This document shows, one piece after another, positions 41,883 to 51,353 of a stretch of 64,000 nt of DNA. The notes below the pieces were generated by a model. It made no database searches. It saw only the letters and a list, made by a program, of their open reading frames with translations, and was not told the DNA's origin. Source of the stretch: Terriglobia bacterium (GTDB lineage: Bacteria > Acidobacteriota > Terriglobia > JAJPHL01 > JAPKYU01). The stretch is taken from positions 1,568,001 through 1,632,000 of the forward strand of contig CBDBKE010000004.1 of NCBI GenBank assembly GCA_965206645.1. Direction: 5' to 3'. The position numbers were made by a program, and so were the translations under genes. The stretch's first letter is position 1; every line of letters begins with the position of its first letter.

Positions 41883-43730
41883 CTGGGAAGCATCGTTTCG
41901 ATCTTTGGCGAACACTTGGCGGCCGAGACGGCGGCCGCGCGGGCGATGCCGTTGCCAAGGGAGTTAGCAGGGACCCGGGTTCTGTTTGACGGCATCGAGG
42001 CGCCGCTTTTCTTTGTCTCGCCGAGGCAAATCAACTTGCAGGTTCCCAAAGCTATTGTTCCCGACCGCGAGGACCGGAGCTGGCACGAGGTCGATGTCGA
42101 AGTACGGACGGCTCAAGGAAGCAGCGGCCCCGACGTTGTGGATGTCGGTCGTGACGTGAGCGCCCCCGGGGTGTTCACGTTGGATGCCAGCGGATGCGGC
42201 GAGGGTGTCGTCCTCAATATTGACGACATCCCTGCGTGGGCACTCAGTCTGCATAGCAAGGAGAACTCGCTATCCCCAGACGGGCACTTTCTCGTCTTCG
42301 GGACCGGCATTGGGGAAATTGTGGCAGGTTGCGATAGTCTCGACGGGTATCCCTCCACTATCAATGAATCACTCTTCGGCTCCTACTGCCTTCCTAGATC
42401 GTCTCATCCGCAGAGAGGCGCCGCTCTGGGTCCCCATGAAGGCGCTGCAAGAACTTATCCCAGAGTTAGTTACGCTGGTCGAGCCCCGGGCTACGTGGGC
42501 GTTGACCAATGGAATGTTCAAGTTCCCGAAGATGCGCCCGAAGGCTGTTCCATCCCTTTTCGGATCAGCACGGGAGGAGGGCTGAGCCAGACGATCCCCC
42601 TCCACATACGCCAAGGCGGCGGGCGCTGTGAGGAAAAGCAGGCGGTTGACCGGCTGGGGGAGTTCATCTGGGAGCGCAGGACCGTCTCTAAATGGACTGG
42701 AACGGAAGAGAGCTTCGAACTTCGCGGGCGGCTGGAGCAAGGAATCGAAGGGGCCACTATCGATTTTCTAGAAGGCGGTGTTCGCTACCATGGCGACACC
42801 GCCCGCAGGTGCCCGCCGTTTGCACGGGTGCCGTTGGACGGCGGAGTGGTAACGGCGATTCTCCCCGACGGAACTCGATCAGCGGCACCTTCGCTAGCTG
42901 ACGCCGCCGATCCCTGGTTCCAAATCCCCTTTGAGGTGGATCAGTTCAGGTCCGGCGAGGCGCAAACCACGAACCCCGGGGGGCCGAACGTGGGTCCGTT
43001 CCAAACGAGCGTTCAGTTGCAGGATCCGATCATGATCGAGAACCAGTTCCCTCCGGGCACCCGAATCTTCGAAGAGATCTCACGCGTGATCCGTTGAACG
43101 GGCGGGACGGATGATCAGGTGGTTTGGGTAGTATTCGATGGCTCTGTCATAGGCCCGATTTCAGCCGCTGCCGACGAGATGGAGCTTTTATTGCCGAGAT
43201 TCGGTCTTCCAAGAACCGTAGCATTGGAGATTATCCAGGAGCCCAGCACGCCGCCGCACTGGGACTTTGTTGAAGACTCGCTGAACCTGGGAGGGCGTGT
43301 CAGCTGGCGGCACGTGAATCGATTTGAGAGTATAGATTTTACTCCCGATTATGATAGCGCTTGGGGTTCCATTCCATTCAGGTAGCCCCAACATCTTGTG
43401 GTTGGGCTCACAGCGTTTCAGTATCCCCAGTCGGCGACAATCAAGCGGTAGGGTGTCGGTTCGACCGCCACGGTCTGCTGAACGAACCGATAGAACAGCT
43501 TGCCGCGGCTATGTGAGCCGCGCCGACAAAATTGCTCGCTAAGGCATGGTCCCCGGCGAGCACGACCCTCGGAGCAGCGTTGTCGCCCCCCCCAGGTTCG
43601 CTAGCGTACAGAAATTCCCCTTTCGTGTCTTGACCCATTGACCAGACCGATTTTTTGTACCAACCGTAGTGAGAGTTCACATCGCAGCCTGGGGCTGTGA
43701 AACTGGTTTCAGTGGCAGGGGAGGGCTATA

Positions 43731-45124
43731 GAGCCTGTGTGGAAACTCGGTTTAGCTGGCTGGAAATCAAAAGGGATCATGATTCGCTCCAGAATTCTGG
43801 TGTTTCGATCTTCGCCGAGTCGCCGGTCCGGGAGTCTGCTGAACTAGCCTTCCTGATTTAGCTTCGGTTTGTTGCGCCACAGGCGGGTGAGGTTGAAGGC
43901 CGTTGCGGCCAGCGCGAACTCCACCGCGACCTTCTCCAGGCCCCGCCGCCGGAACTGCCGCATTCCACGCTGTTCTTTCAAAACCCCGATCACTGGTTCC
44001 ACGATCGCCTTGCGCCGCTGATAAACCGCCCGGCCGGCCGGGTCGCGCAGCTTGCGTCGCATTCGCCGATGTTCCGGATGCCGTACAGCAGGTGCTCCGG
44101 GCGCGCGTTGGCCTCGGTTCAGTTCCCGCGCCAAGTTCGAGTCGGGCACATAGACGTCCAGGCCACGCTGGGCCAGTTCCACGATGGTCTCCAAGCAAAA
44201 GAAGCCGCTGTCGGCGCTGACCTTCTGCGGGCGTTCCCGGCAGCGCCGCTCGACCGCCTCCACCAGAGGGACCAGCGTCGCGTTGTCGGTGGCGTTTTGC
44301 CCCACGTGCTGCTCGACAATCAGATGATCTTCGCTGACCGCCACCTCCGCCGTGTAACCCAGCGTGAATCCCTTGCGGTCGCGCAAAAACCGGCTGTCGG
44401 GATCGGTTTCCGAACGCCGCTTCAGCCCGCTTTTGCGCAACCGCTCCAGGCATCGCGGGATTTCTTCCAGCCGCTTCTCCAGCGCTGCCATCTGCTTGCC
44501 GCTCAGTTGCTGGCCAGCCGCTTCCTCGCAGGACTGCGTGTCACATTGTTTCTGCCAGCGACGAATCTGCCGCCGAATTTTGGCTCGCTCTGCCCTCAAC
44601 TTGGCCACCGTCTCCACCCGGTCCTGCGAGGCGTTGGCCGCCACCCGCGTCGAGTCCATGGCCACGTGTCCCAGCCGCCCCATCCCCAGCGACCGCGCCA
44701 ACTCCACCACCTGTGTGAACAGATCGTTCAGGGCACGGGCGTGCCGCGTCCGAAACTGGTTCAGCGTCCAAAAGTCCGGCCCCGCTCCGGCCGCCAGATA
44801 ACGGAACGCCAGGTCCTCCCGCACCCGCTGTTCCAGACGGCGGGCCGAGGTCACGCCCAGCGCGTAGGCATACAGCCACACCTTCAGCAACAGCGCCGGA
44901 TGATAGGCCGGGCGGCCTTCTTCCACGTAGCCCTGCTCAAACGCACTCAGTTCCAGCCGCTCCACGACTTGGTGCACAAAAAAACAGATGTGATCTTCTC
45001 CCAGCACCTCCCGCACGCTGGGCGGTAGCAGATACGCTTGCTCCGGGTTGTAGGTCAAGAATTTCATCGCGCCCCCTTAAGGCGCATTATACGTGACTCG
45101 CAAGAGCGGTTTTCACACAGACTC
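43731..45124 (-). mobile_element. IS1182-family element
   Basis: IRs GAGCCTGTGTGGAAAC / GAGTCTGTGTGAAAAC; 4-bp TSD TATA (43727-43730, 45125-45128). Confidence 0.9.
43844..45067 (-). CDS. IS1182-family transposase
   Basis: GRPAYHP, MDSTRVAANAS, TDPDSR, ADSGF and RRKAIVEPV motifs. Confidence 0.92.
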   Translation of the reverse strand: MKFLTYNPEQAYLLPPSVREVLGEDHICFFVHQVVERLELSAFEQGYVEEGRPAYHPALLLKVWLYAYALGVTSARRLEQRVREDLAFRYLAAGAGPDFWTLNQFRTRHARALNDLFTQVVELARSLGMGRLGHVAMDSTRVAANASQDRVETVAKLRAERAKIRRQIRRWQKQCDTQSCEEAAGQQLSGKQMAALEKRLEEIPRCLERLRKSGLKRRSETDPDSRFLRDRKGFTLGYTAEVAVSEDHLIVEQHVGQNATDNATLVPLVEAVERRCRERPQKVSADSGFFCLETIVELAQRGLDVYVPDSNLARELNRGQRAPGAPAVRHPEHRRMRRKLRDPAGRAVYQRRKAIVEPVIGVLKEQRGMRQFRRRGLEKVAVEFALAATAFNLTRLWRNKPKLNQEG

Positions 45125-46307
45125 TATAGGCCCCCGGCGCCGGGGGCCTATAGCCGAGCGCCGAGTGCGGCCGCACCGTGTTGTATTGCACCCTCCACTG
45201 TTCAATCACCACCTGTGCCTCCTTCAACGAGTAGAAGATCTCTCCATTCAGGCATTCGTCCCGCAGCTTCCCATTGAAACTCTCGCAGTACCCGTTCTCC
45301 CAGGGACTGCCCGGTTCGATGTACAGTGTCCCGGTCCCTAGATTTGCCAACCACTGGCGCAGTTGTTTGGCGATGAACTCGGGACCATTGTCGGATCGAA
45401 TCTGTTCCGGTATCCCTCGCCACAACATCACGTCCGACAACGCCTCAATGATTTGTTGGCTGCCCATTCTCCGCTCCACCCGGATCGCCAGGCATTCCCG
45501 CGTGTACTCATCCAGCAAGGTCAGCAGCCGCAGCGTTCTCCCCTCGTGCGTTCTGGCACTCATGAAGTCGTAGCTCCACACGTGGTTCGGTCGCTCCGGC
45601 CTCAGTCGTACACAGGAACCGTCGTTCAGCCACAGCCGTCCTCGCGGCCTTTGTTTTTGCGGCACTCTCAGCCCTTCCCGCCGCCAAATCCGCTGCACCC
45701 GGTCCTTGCCCACTTCCCAGCCCGCACTCCGCAGCAACGCTGTGATCCTCCGGTAGCCATATCGCCCGTACTTCGCTCCCAGGGCAATGATCGCTCGGGT
45801 CAGAGCATCCTCGTCCACCCGATGAATCGGCTCGTATCGTTGTGTCCCTCGCCATTGCCCCAGCAGCCGGCAGGCATGCCGTTCCGACAACCCGTGTTGC
45901 TCCCACGCACGCTCCACCGCACAACGCCGCCGCTCAGGGCTCAGAAGTTTCCCTGTGCCACATCCCGCAGTACCTGCTTCTCCAGAGAAAGCTCCGCTAC
46001 CAACCGCTTCAGCCGCGTGTTTTCCTTCTCCAACTCCTTTAGCCGTTTTGCCTGCACCACCTTCAGCCCGCCGTATTCCTTCCGCCACCGGTAGTAGGTT
46101 TGGGTGTGGATTCCAGCTTCTTTGCAGGCTTGGGGCGCAGTCTTCCCGTTCCCCATCTGCACTTCTATCTGCCGTAGCACCGCTACAATCTGCTCCGGCT
46201 TGTAACTCCTTGTCGGCATGACCTCACTTCCTCCTCAAGTGGATTCTCTCTCTTTCCACTTGGTACAAAAAGTGCCGGTCAGGTCAGTTTCCCGATGATT
46301 GCTTTAC

Positions 46308-46910
46308 TCAGGGAATGTTGGGCGCGGTGGCGTGAGCCAGAATCAGGGGCAGAATTCCAACCGGTACGAGGTGCTGCATGGACTGCATCCGAAAGCCGGC
46401 TTCGACCAGCGCTGCTTCGGTGTCGCGGTCCAGGTGGCAACCGCGCGCCAGTTTTTTCCAAGCCGGGGTCAGGCGCGCTTGCAAACGCGCCGTCGGCCGA
46501 TCAGAAGAGCGCACATGCTCGAGCAGCAGCAAATGGCCGCCGGGCCGCAGGACCCTGCGGATCTCGGCCAGCGCACGGGCCTGGTCCGTGACGGTGCACA
46601 GCACCAGCGTGGAGACGACCGTATCGAAGGAGCTGGCCGCGAAGGCCAGCCGTTCGGCGCAGGCCAGCACAGCTAGCGCGCCGCCACGACGTGCGCGGCG
46701 CAGCATGGCCCAATCGGGCTCGCTGAGCACCACCCGAGCATCTTTACCGGGGTGGCCGTAGTGCGCCAAATTCGCGCCCGTTCCGGCGCCGATTTCCAGC
46801 ACCCGGCCCTGGACCCGGGCCAGCAGTTCCCGACGCAGGCGACCGAGGTACAAGCGCTCCGCGGGCCACAGGACCGCATCGTACAGGGCTGCATGCAAAT
46901 GACCATTCAT
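46308..46910 (-). CDS. Class I SAM-dependent methyltransferase
   Basis: LEIGAGTG, TLVLCTV, RVLRPGG and GCHLDR motifs. Confidence 0.88.
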   Translation of the reverse strand: MNGHLHAALYDAVLWPAERLYLGRLRRELLARVQGRVLEIGAGTGANLAHYGHPGKDARVVLSEPDWAMLRRARRGGALAVLACAERLAFAASSFDTVVSTLVLCTVTDQARALAEIRRVLRPGGHLLLLEHVRSSDRPTARLQARLTPAWKKLARGCHLDRDTEAALVEAGFRMQSMQHLVPVGILPLILAHATAPNIP

Positions 46911-47060
46911 ATTGGCAAGCAGATACAGGTCATATTGGCAAGCAGATACAGGTCATATTGGCAAGCAGATACAGGTCATATTGGCAAGCAGATACAGGTC
47001 ATATTGGCAAGCAGTTACAGGTCATGTTGGCAAGCAGTTACAGGTCACGTTACAGGTCAC
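46907..47060. repeat. 23-bp tandem repeat x6 with a degenerate tail
   Basis: TCATATTGGCAAGCAGATACAGG x4 exact, then 2 variant units; no spacers. Confidence 0.95.
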
Positions 47061-47377
47061 GGCCGATCGCGGGGCGCGGATCTGGACGAAACCTCTTGGT
47101 CCAGCGACAGCCTCAGCCTGCCCGGGGCTTGGCCCCATACCCTAGAAGACGTATCACAATTGTCGGGGGAAGGTGAGTCGAAAGTCAAAGTGAGGAAATG
47201 GTACTGACGGTCTCTTCCCAGCAGCCAGCGCTGACCTTCGTAGGCCTCAATCACGAACGCCTTCTTTATAGATCCAGTTGGCAGATCCAGTTAGTTGACG
47301 GTATCTCTCAGGCTGTGTTAAAAGTGCTGTTCTTGCACACTCCGCAGCATTGTTCCTCTAGCAAGTGCTAGCAGCAG

Positions 47378-48019
47378 ATGGCTGAAGAAGAAAAGAAACC
47401 CGCAGCAGGTGAAGGCGAAAAACCAGCGGCGAAGCCTCCGTCAGCAGCGGGGGGGACACAACCGGCGGGAGCGGCCGAGAAGCCGGCTGCGCCGCCCAAA
47501 CCTCCCAGCGGGCCTACGCCTCAGCCCTGGGACGACGAATTTTCCCGCCGCGCCCGGGAGCATTTGGGCGGCGGTATCCAGGAAAGTCTGACGTATCTGG
47601 GGCAGAACTATTTCCTGGTGGACGCCGGTTCAATCCTCAGCATCTGTCGTTACCTGAAACAGGAAGAGCAGTTCAACTTCCTGACGGATCTGACCGCTTT
47701 GGACGATCCCCAACGGGAAAAACGCTTTGATGTGATTTACCAGCTCTATTCCTTCCCCCACAACGTCCGGCTCAGGCTGAAGGCTCCCCTGGGAGAGAAG
47801 GAAAGCATCGAAAGCGTGGTGTCGCTTTGGGCCGCAGCCAACTGGCTGGAACGGGAAGCCTACGACATGTTCGGAATTCATTTCCGCGGCCACCCCGATC
47901 TGAGACGGATTTTGCTTCCCGAGGAGTGGCAGGGACACCCGTTGCGCAAGGACTATCATATCTTGCAGCAGGACGTGCAGTGGGTGCAGGAAAATCTGCA
48001 TATTGAAAGCGGCCAATAG
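47378..48019 (+). CDS. nuoC: NADH-quinone oxidoreductase subunit C
   Basis: [23 protein letters not shown] and GHPLRKDY motifs. Confidence 0.95.
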   Translation: MAEEEKKPAAGEGEKPAAKPPSAAGGTQPAGAAEKPAAPPKPPSGPTPQPWDDEFSRRAREHLGGGIQESLTYLGQNYFLVDAGSILSICRYLKQEEQFNFLTDLTALDDPQREKRFDVIYQLYSFPHNVRLRLKAPLGEKESIESVVSLWAAANWLEREAYDMFGIHFRGHPDLRRILLPEEWQGHPLRKDYHILQQDVQWVQENLHIESGQ

Positions 48020-48028
48020 CGCGCGAAC

Positions 48029-49165
48029 ATGGCTGAAGAAAAACAGATCGGGACCGCTGAAGCCACCTTCCTGGACGCGAATGAAATCGTATTGAACATG
48101 GGGCCGCAGCATCCCTCGACGCACGGGGTGTTGCGGGTGGTGCTGAAGCTGGATGGCGAGAAGGTGATGGGCTCAGAGTGTGTCATCGGGTACCTGCACC
48201 GCGGCGTGGAGAAGATCGCCGAGAATCGCACCTACGCGCAGTTCAACCCCTACGTGGACCGCATGGATTACGTTGCGGCGGTTTCCAACGGGCTGGGGTA
48301 TTGCGAGGCGGTGGAAAAGCTGCTGAATGCAACGGCGCCTCCGCGAGCGCAGTACGTCCGCGTCATCCTCACCGAATTGAACCGCATCGCCAGTCACCTG
48401 CTCTGGCTCGGGACCCACGCTCTGGATATCGGCGCGCTCACACCACTGTTTTACACCTTCCGTGAGCGCGAAGAGGTTCTGAAAATTTTCGAGAACTACT
48501 GCGGGGCGCGTCTGACGACCCACGCCTTTCGCATCGGCGGCCTCCAGTATGAGACTTACGACGGATTCGAGGAGCAGGTGAAAGCTTTCTGCAACGATTT
48601 GCCCCAGAAGCTTGATGAGTATGAAGCGCTGTTGACGACCAACCGCATCTGGGTGGGGCGGACGCGGGGCGTGGGGGTGCTGACCGCCGAGGACGCCATC
48701 GATCTGGGCGTGACGGGACCGCTGCTGCGCGCCTCCGGGGTCAAGTGGGATATTCGCAAGGCGCAGCCTTACGCGGCCTACAACGATTTCGATTTTGAGA
48801 TTCCGGTCGGAGAGTCCGGCGATACCTACGACCGATATCTAGTGCGCATGGAGGAGATGCGCCAGGCGCGGCGCATCATCCTGCAGGCGGTGGACCGCAT
48901 CCCTGACGGGACGATCCTGGCCCGGGTTCCCAAGGTGATCAAGCCGCCGGTGGGCGAGGTCTACCATTCGATCGAAGCGCCCAAGGGGGAACTGGGTTAC
49001 TTGGTCGCCAGCGACGGCAGCACCCAGCCGTACCGATGCCGGGTTCGCCCTCCTTCCTTCGTAAACTTGCAGGCGCTGGACCGGATGGTGCGCGGGCAGC
49101 TGCTGGCCGACGTGGTGGCGATTATCGGCACGATTGATATTGTGCTCGGGGAGGTGGACCGCTAG
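48029..49165 (+). CDS. nuoD: NADH-quinone oxidoreductase subunit D
   Basis: [23 protein letters not shown] and DIVLGEVDR motifs. Confidence 0.97.
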   Translation: MAEEKQIGTAEATFLDANEIVLNMGPQHPSTHGVLRVVLKLDGEKVMGSECVIGYLHRGVEKIAENRTYAQFNPYVDRMDYVAAVSNGLGYCEAVEKLLNATAPPRAQYVRVILTELNRIASHLLWLGTHALDIGALTPLFYTFREREEVLKIFENYCGARLTTHAFRIGGLQYETYDGFEEQVKAFCNDLPQKLDEYEALLTTNRIWVGRTRGVGVLTAEDAIDLGVTGPLLRASGVKWDIRKAQPYAAYNDFDFEIPVGESGDTYDRYLVRMEEMRQARRIILQAVDRIPDGTILARVPKVIKPPVGEVYHSIEAPKGELGYLVASDGSTQPYRCRVRPPSFVNLQALDRMVRGQLLADVVAIIGTIDIVLGEVDR

Positions 49166-49204
49166 CGCCATGCAGCCGGCGCGATTCCCGCGATTCCAAG
49201 ATTG

Positions 49205-50485
49205 ATGCTGAGCTTTCAGTTGCCCTTCCCGATCGAGCCCTACAAGCCTTACATCCTCATGGCCTTGGTGGTGATGGTGTTTCCCCTGGTGGCCGGCTAC
49301 ATGGTGTTGCTGGAGCGCAAGCTCATGGCCGACATGCAGGCTCGGCTCGGCCCCATGCGAGTGGGGCCTCACGGGCTGCTGCAACCCATCGCCGACGCTC
49401 TAAAGCTGCTCCTGAAAGAGGACATCATCCCCGGGATGGTGGACAAATGGGTGTTCTGGCTGGCGCCCATCCTGTCCGTGACCACTGCGCTGGTGGCCTT
49501 CTCAGTGATTCCTTTTGGCGAGAACATTTACATCGCTGACCTGAACATTGGTGTCCTGTTCCTGCTGGCGGTCACCTCCGTGGGCGTTCTGGGAATCATC
49601 CTGGGCGGGTGGGCCTCCAACAGCCACTACCCTTTGCTGGGGGCGCTACGCTCTACGGCGCAGATGGTCAGCTACGAGGTGGTGATGGGGTTCGCGATCA
49701 TTTCGGTCCTGTTGATGGCCGGGACCCTCAGCATGGTGGAGATTGTGAAGGCGCAGGCTGAGGGCCAAAGGTGGTTATTATTCGGGACCAGCAACTGGCT
49801 ATTGCCCTTCAGCCTGATTGCCTTTTTCATGTACCTGGTGGCGGGCATGGCGGAGACCAATCGCGCGCCCTTTGACCTGCCGGAAGCCGAATCAGAGCTG
49901 GTCGCTGGATACATGACCGAGTATAGCGGCTTCCGCTGGTCGCTGTTTTTCCTGGCCGAATACGCCAACATCTTCATCGTGACTTCCATTGCGGTGACGA
50001 TCTTCCTAGGCGGCTGGTTGCGCCCTTTTCCCAATGTGCGCGGTCTGGATTGGCTGGATTACGTCGCACCAATCGGCTTGCTACTGCTGCTGGCCGCGCT
50101 GTGCCTGTATCTGGCGGTTCCGCCTTGGATGCAAAACGCTGTGCGGGGAGCATTGGTTCGTGGAGCCAGGCGCAGTCCGGAGCAGGTCAGCTACCCGCGC
50201 CAGAAGCGGCCGGCTGACCGGCTGATTATGGCCGCGCTCGGGGTTGCGTTCCTGACCGTGGCTGCATTGTTTGCTTGGCCGGCGTTTAACCAATTGGCCC
50301 GCGGCCTGTTCTGGTTCCTGGCCAAGGTGACGGCCGTCGTCTACTCCTTCATTTGGTTCCGGTTCACGTTCCCGCGGTTCCGCTACGACCAGTTGATGCG
50401 ACTGGGCTGGCAGCTGATGATTCCGCTAGGCATCCTAAACGTGATTGCCGTGGCGATTGTGCTGGCTTTGACTAGCCAGACTTAA
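49205..50485 (+). CDS. nuoH: NADH-quinone oxidoreductase subunit H
   Basis: GPHGLLQPIADALK, PFDLPEAESELV and PRFRYDQLM motifs. Confidence 0.95.
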   Translation: MLSFQLPFPIEPYKPYILMALVVMVFPLVAGYMVLLERKLMADMQARLGPMRVGPHGLLQPIADALKLLLKEDIIPGMVDKWVFWLAPILSVTTALVAFSVIPFGENIYIADLNIGVLFLLAVTSVGVLGIILGGWASNSHYPLLGALRSTAQMVSYEVVMGFAIISVLLMAGTLSMVEIVKAQAEGQRWLLFGTSNWLLPFSLIAFFMYLVAGMAETNRAPFDLPEAESELVAGYMTEYSGFRWSLFFLAEYANIFIVTSIAVTIFLGGWLRPFPNVRGLDWLDYVAPIGLLLLLAALCLYLAVPPWMQNAVRGALVRGARRSPEQVSYPRQKRPADRLIMAALGVAFLTVAALFAWPAFNQLARGLFWFLAKVTAVVYSFIWFRFTFPRFRYDQLMRLGWQLMIPLGILNVIAVAIVLALTSQT

Positions 50486-50517
50486 AGCGGCTGAAGCCGC
50501 AGATTACGAGGCTTTGC

Positions 50518-51039
50518 ATGGCCGATACGGTTTTCTTCTACATCTTCGCGGCCATTATCCTGGGGGGCGCGGTGCTGACCATTACCCGCCGCAACGCCGT
50601 GCACAGCGCCATCTTCTTGATCGCTACGCTGCTGGGAATTGCCGGGCTGTACCTGCACCTGCATGCCGAGTTTCTGGCCGCCGTGCAGGTCATCCTCTAC
50701 GTGGGCGGGATCATGGTGCTGTTTCTGTTTGTGATCATGCTGGTGGACCTGGACGAGGCGGTCCGGTTACCCCAGTTCAACCGGCAGTGGTGGCTGGCGC
50801 TGGTGGCAGCGGTCGTCATGCTGGCCGAGTTGGGCTACGGCATCTACCGGGGCGGCGAGGCCTTCCGCTTTGACGCGAGGGCGGCCGCCGCTGTCCAGGC
50901 CGGCGCCGGAGCCCTGGGCAACACCCAGGCGGTCGGCAACGCGCTTTATCAGAACTACATGCTGCCGTTTGAAATCGCCTCCATCATGCTGCTGGTGGCG
51001 ATGGTGGGGGCGGTGGTGATGGCCAAGAAGCAGCTCTGA
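50518..51039 (+). CDS. nuoJ: NADH-quinone oxidoreductase subunit J
   Basis: QVILYVGGIMVLFLF and LPFEIAS motifs. Confidence 0.95.
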   Translation: MADTVFFYIFAAIILGGAVLTITRRNAVHSAIFLIATLLGIAGLYLHLHAEFLAAVQVILYVGGIMVLFLFVIMLVDLDEAVRLPQFNRQWWLALVAAVVMLAELGYGIYRGGEAFRFDARAAAAVQAGAGALGNTQAVGNALYQNYMLPFEIASIMLLVAMVGAVVMAKKQL

Positions 51040-51046
51040 GGCGTCC

Positions 51047-51352
51047 ATGAATATACCGGTTACCCATTACCTGTTTCTTTCCACCGCGCTGCTCACCGTG
51101 GGTGTCATCGGGGTGCTAACCCGCCGCAACCTGGTCATCATCCTGATGTCCATTGAGCTGATCCTAAACGCGGTCAACATCAACCTGGTGGCGTTCTCCC
51201 GACAATTGGCTGATGTGAATGGCCAGGCCTTTGCCGTCTTCATCATCGCCGACGCCGCTGCCGAAGCGGCCGTCGGCCTGGGCATTATCATTGCCTTCTT
51301 CCGGAACAAGGGCACCATCCTGGCCGACGAGGTGGACCTGCTGAAGTGGTGA
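51047..51352 (+). CDS. nuoK: NADH-quinone oxidoreductase subunit K
   Basis: SIELILNAVN and AAAEAAVGL motifs. Confidence 0.95.
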   Translation: MNIPVTHYLFLSTALLTVGVIGVLTRRNLVIILMSIELILNAVNINLVAFSRQLADVNGQAFAVFIIADAAAEAAVGLGIIIAFFRNKGTILADEVDLLKW

Positions 51353-51353
51353 G

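Larger units (their letters stand above)
40042..43385 (+). pseudogene. TIGR03437-like (Solibacter-type IPT) exported protein, disrupted by IS1380 and an in-frame TGA at 43095
   Basis: Signal peptide, GIVNAAS...GSIVSIFG, APLFFVSPRQINLQVP and YAGRAPGYVGVDQ motifs; frame restored when the IS is removed. Confidence 0.8.
43639..46286 (-). mobile_element. IS3-family element, copy A2 (inverted), interrupted by IS1182
   Basis: Reverse complement of copy A1 ends; orfA 45941-46219; orfB broken near its C-terminus. Confidence 0.92.

Noticed and set aside
46907-47060. CRISPR array
   Set aside because: Units are head-to-tail with no unique spacers, and there are no cas genes in the window
47057-47330. 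Remnant of nuoA/nuoB, or a firm nuo promoter call
   Set aside because: The 65-aa minus-strand ORF has no Nuo motifs; TTGACG at 47295 lacks a convincing -10
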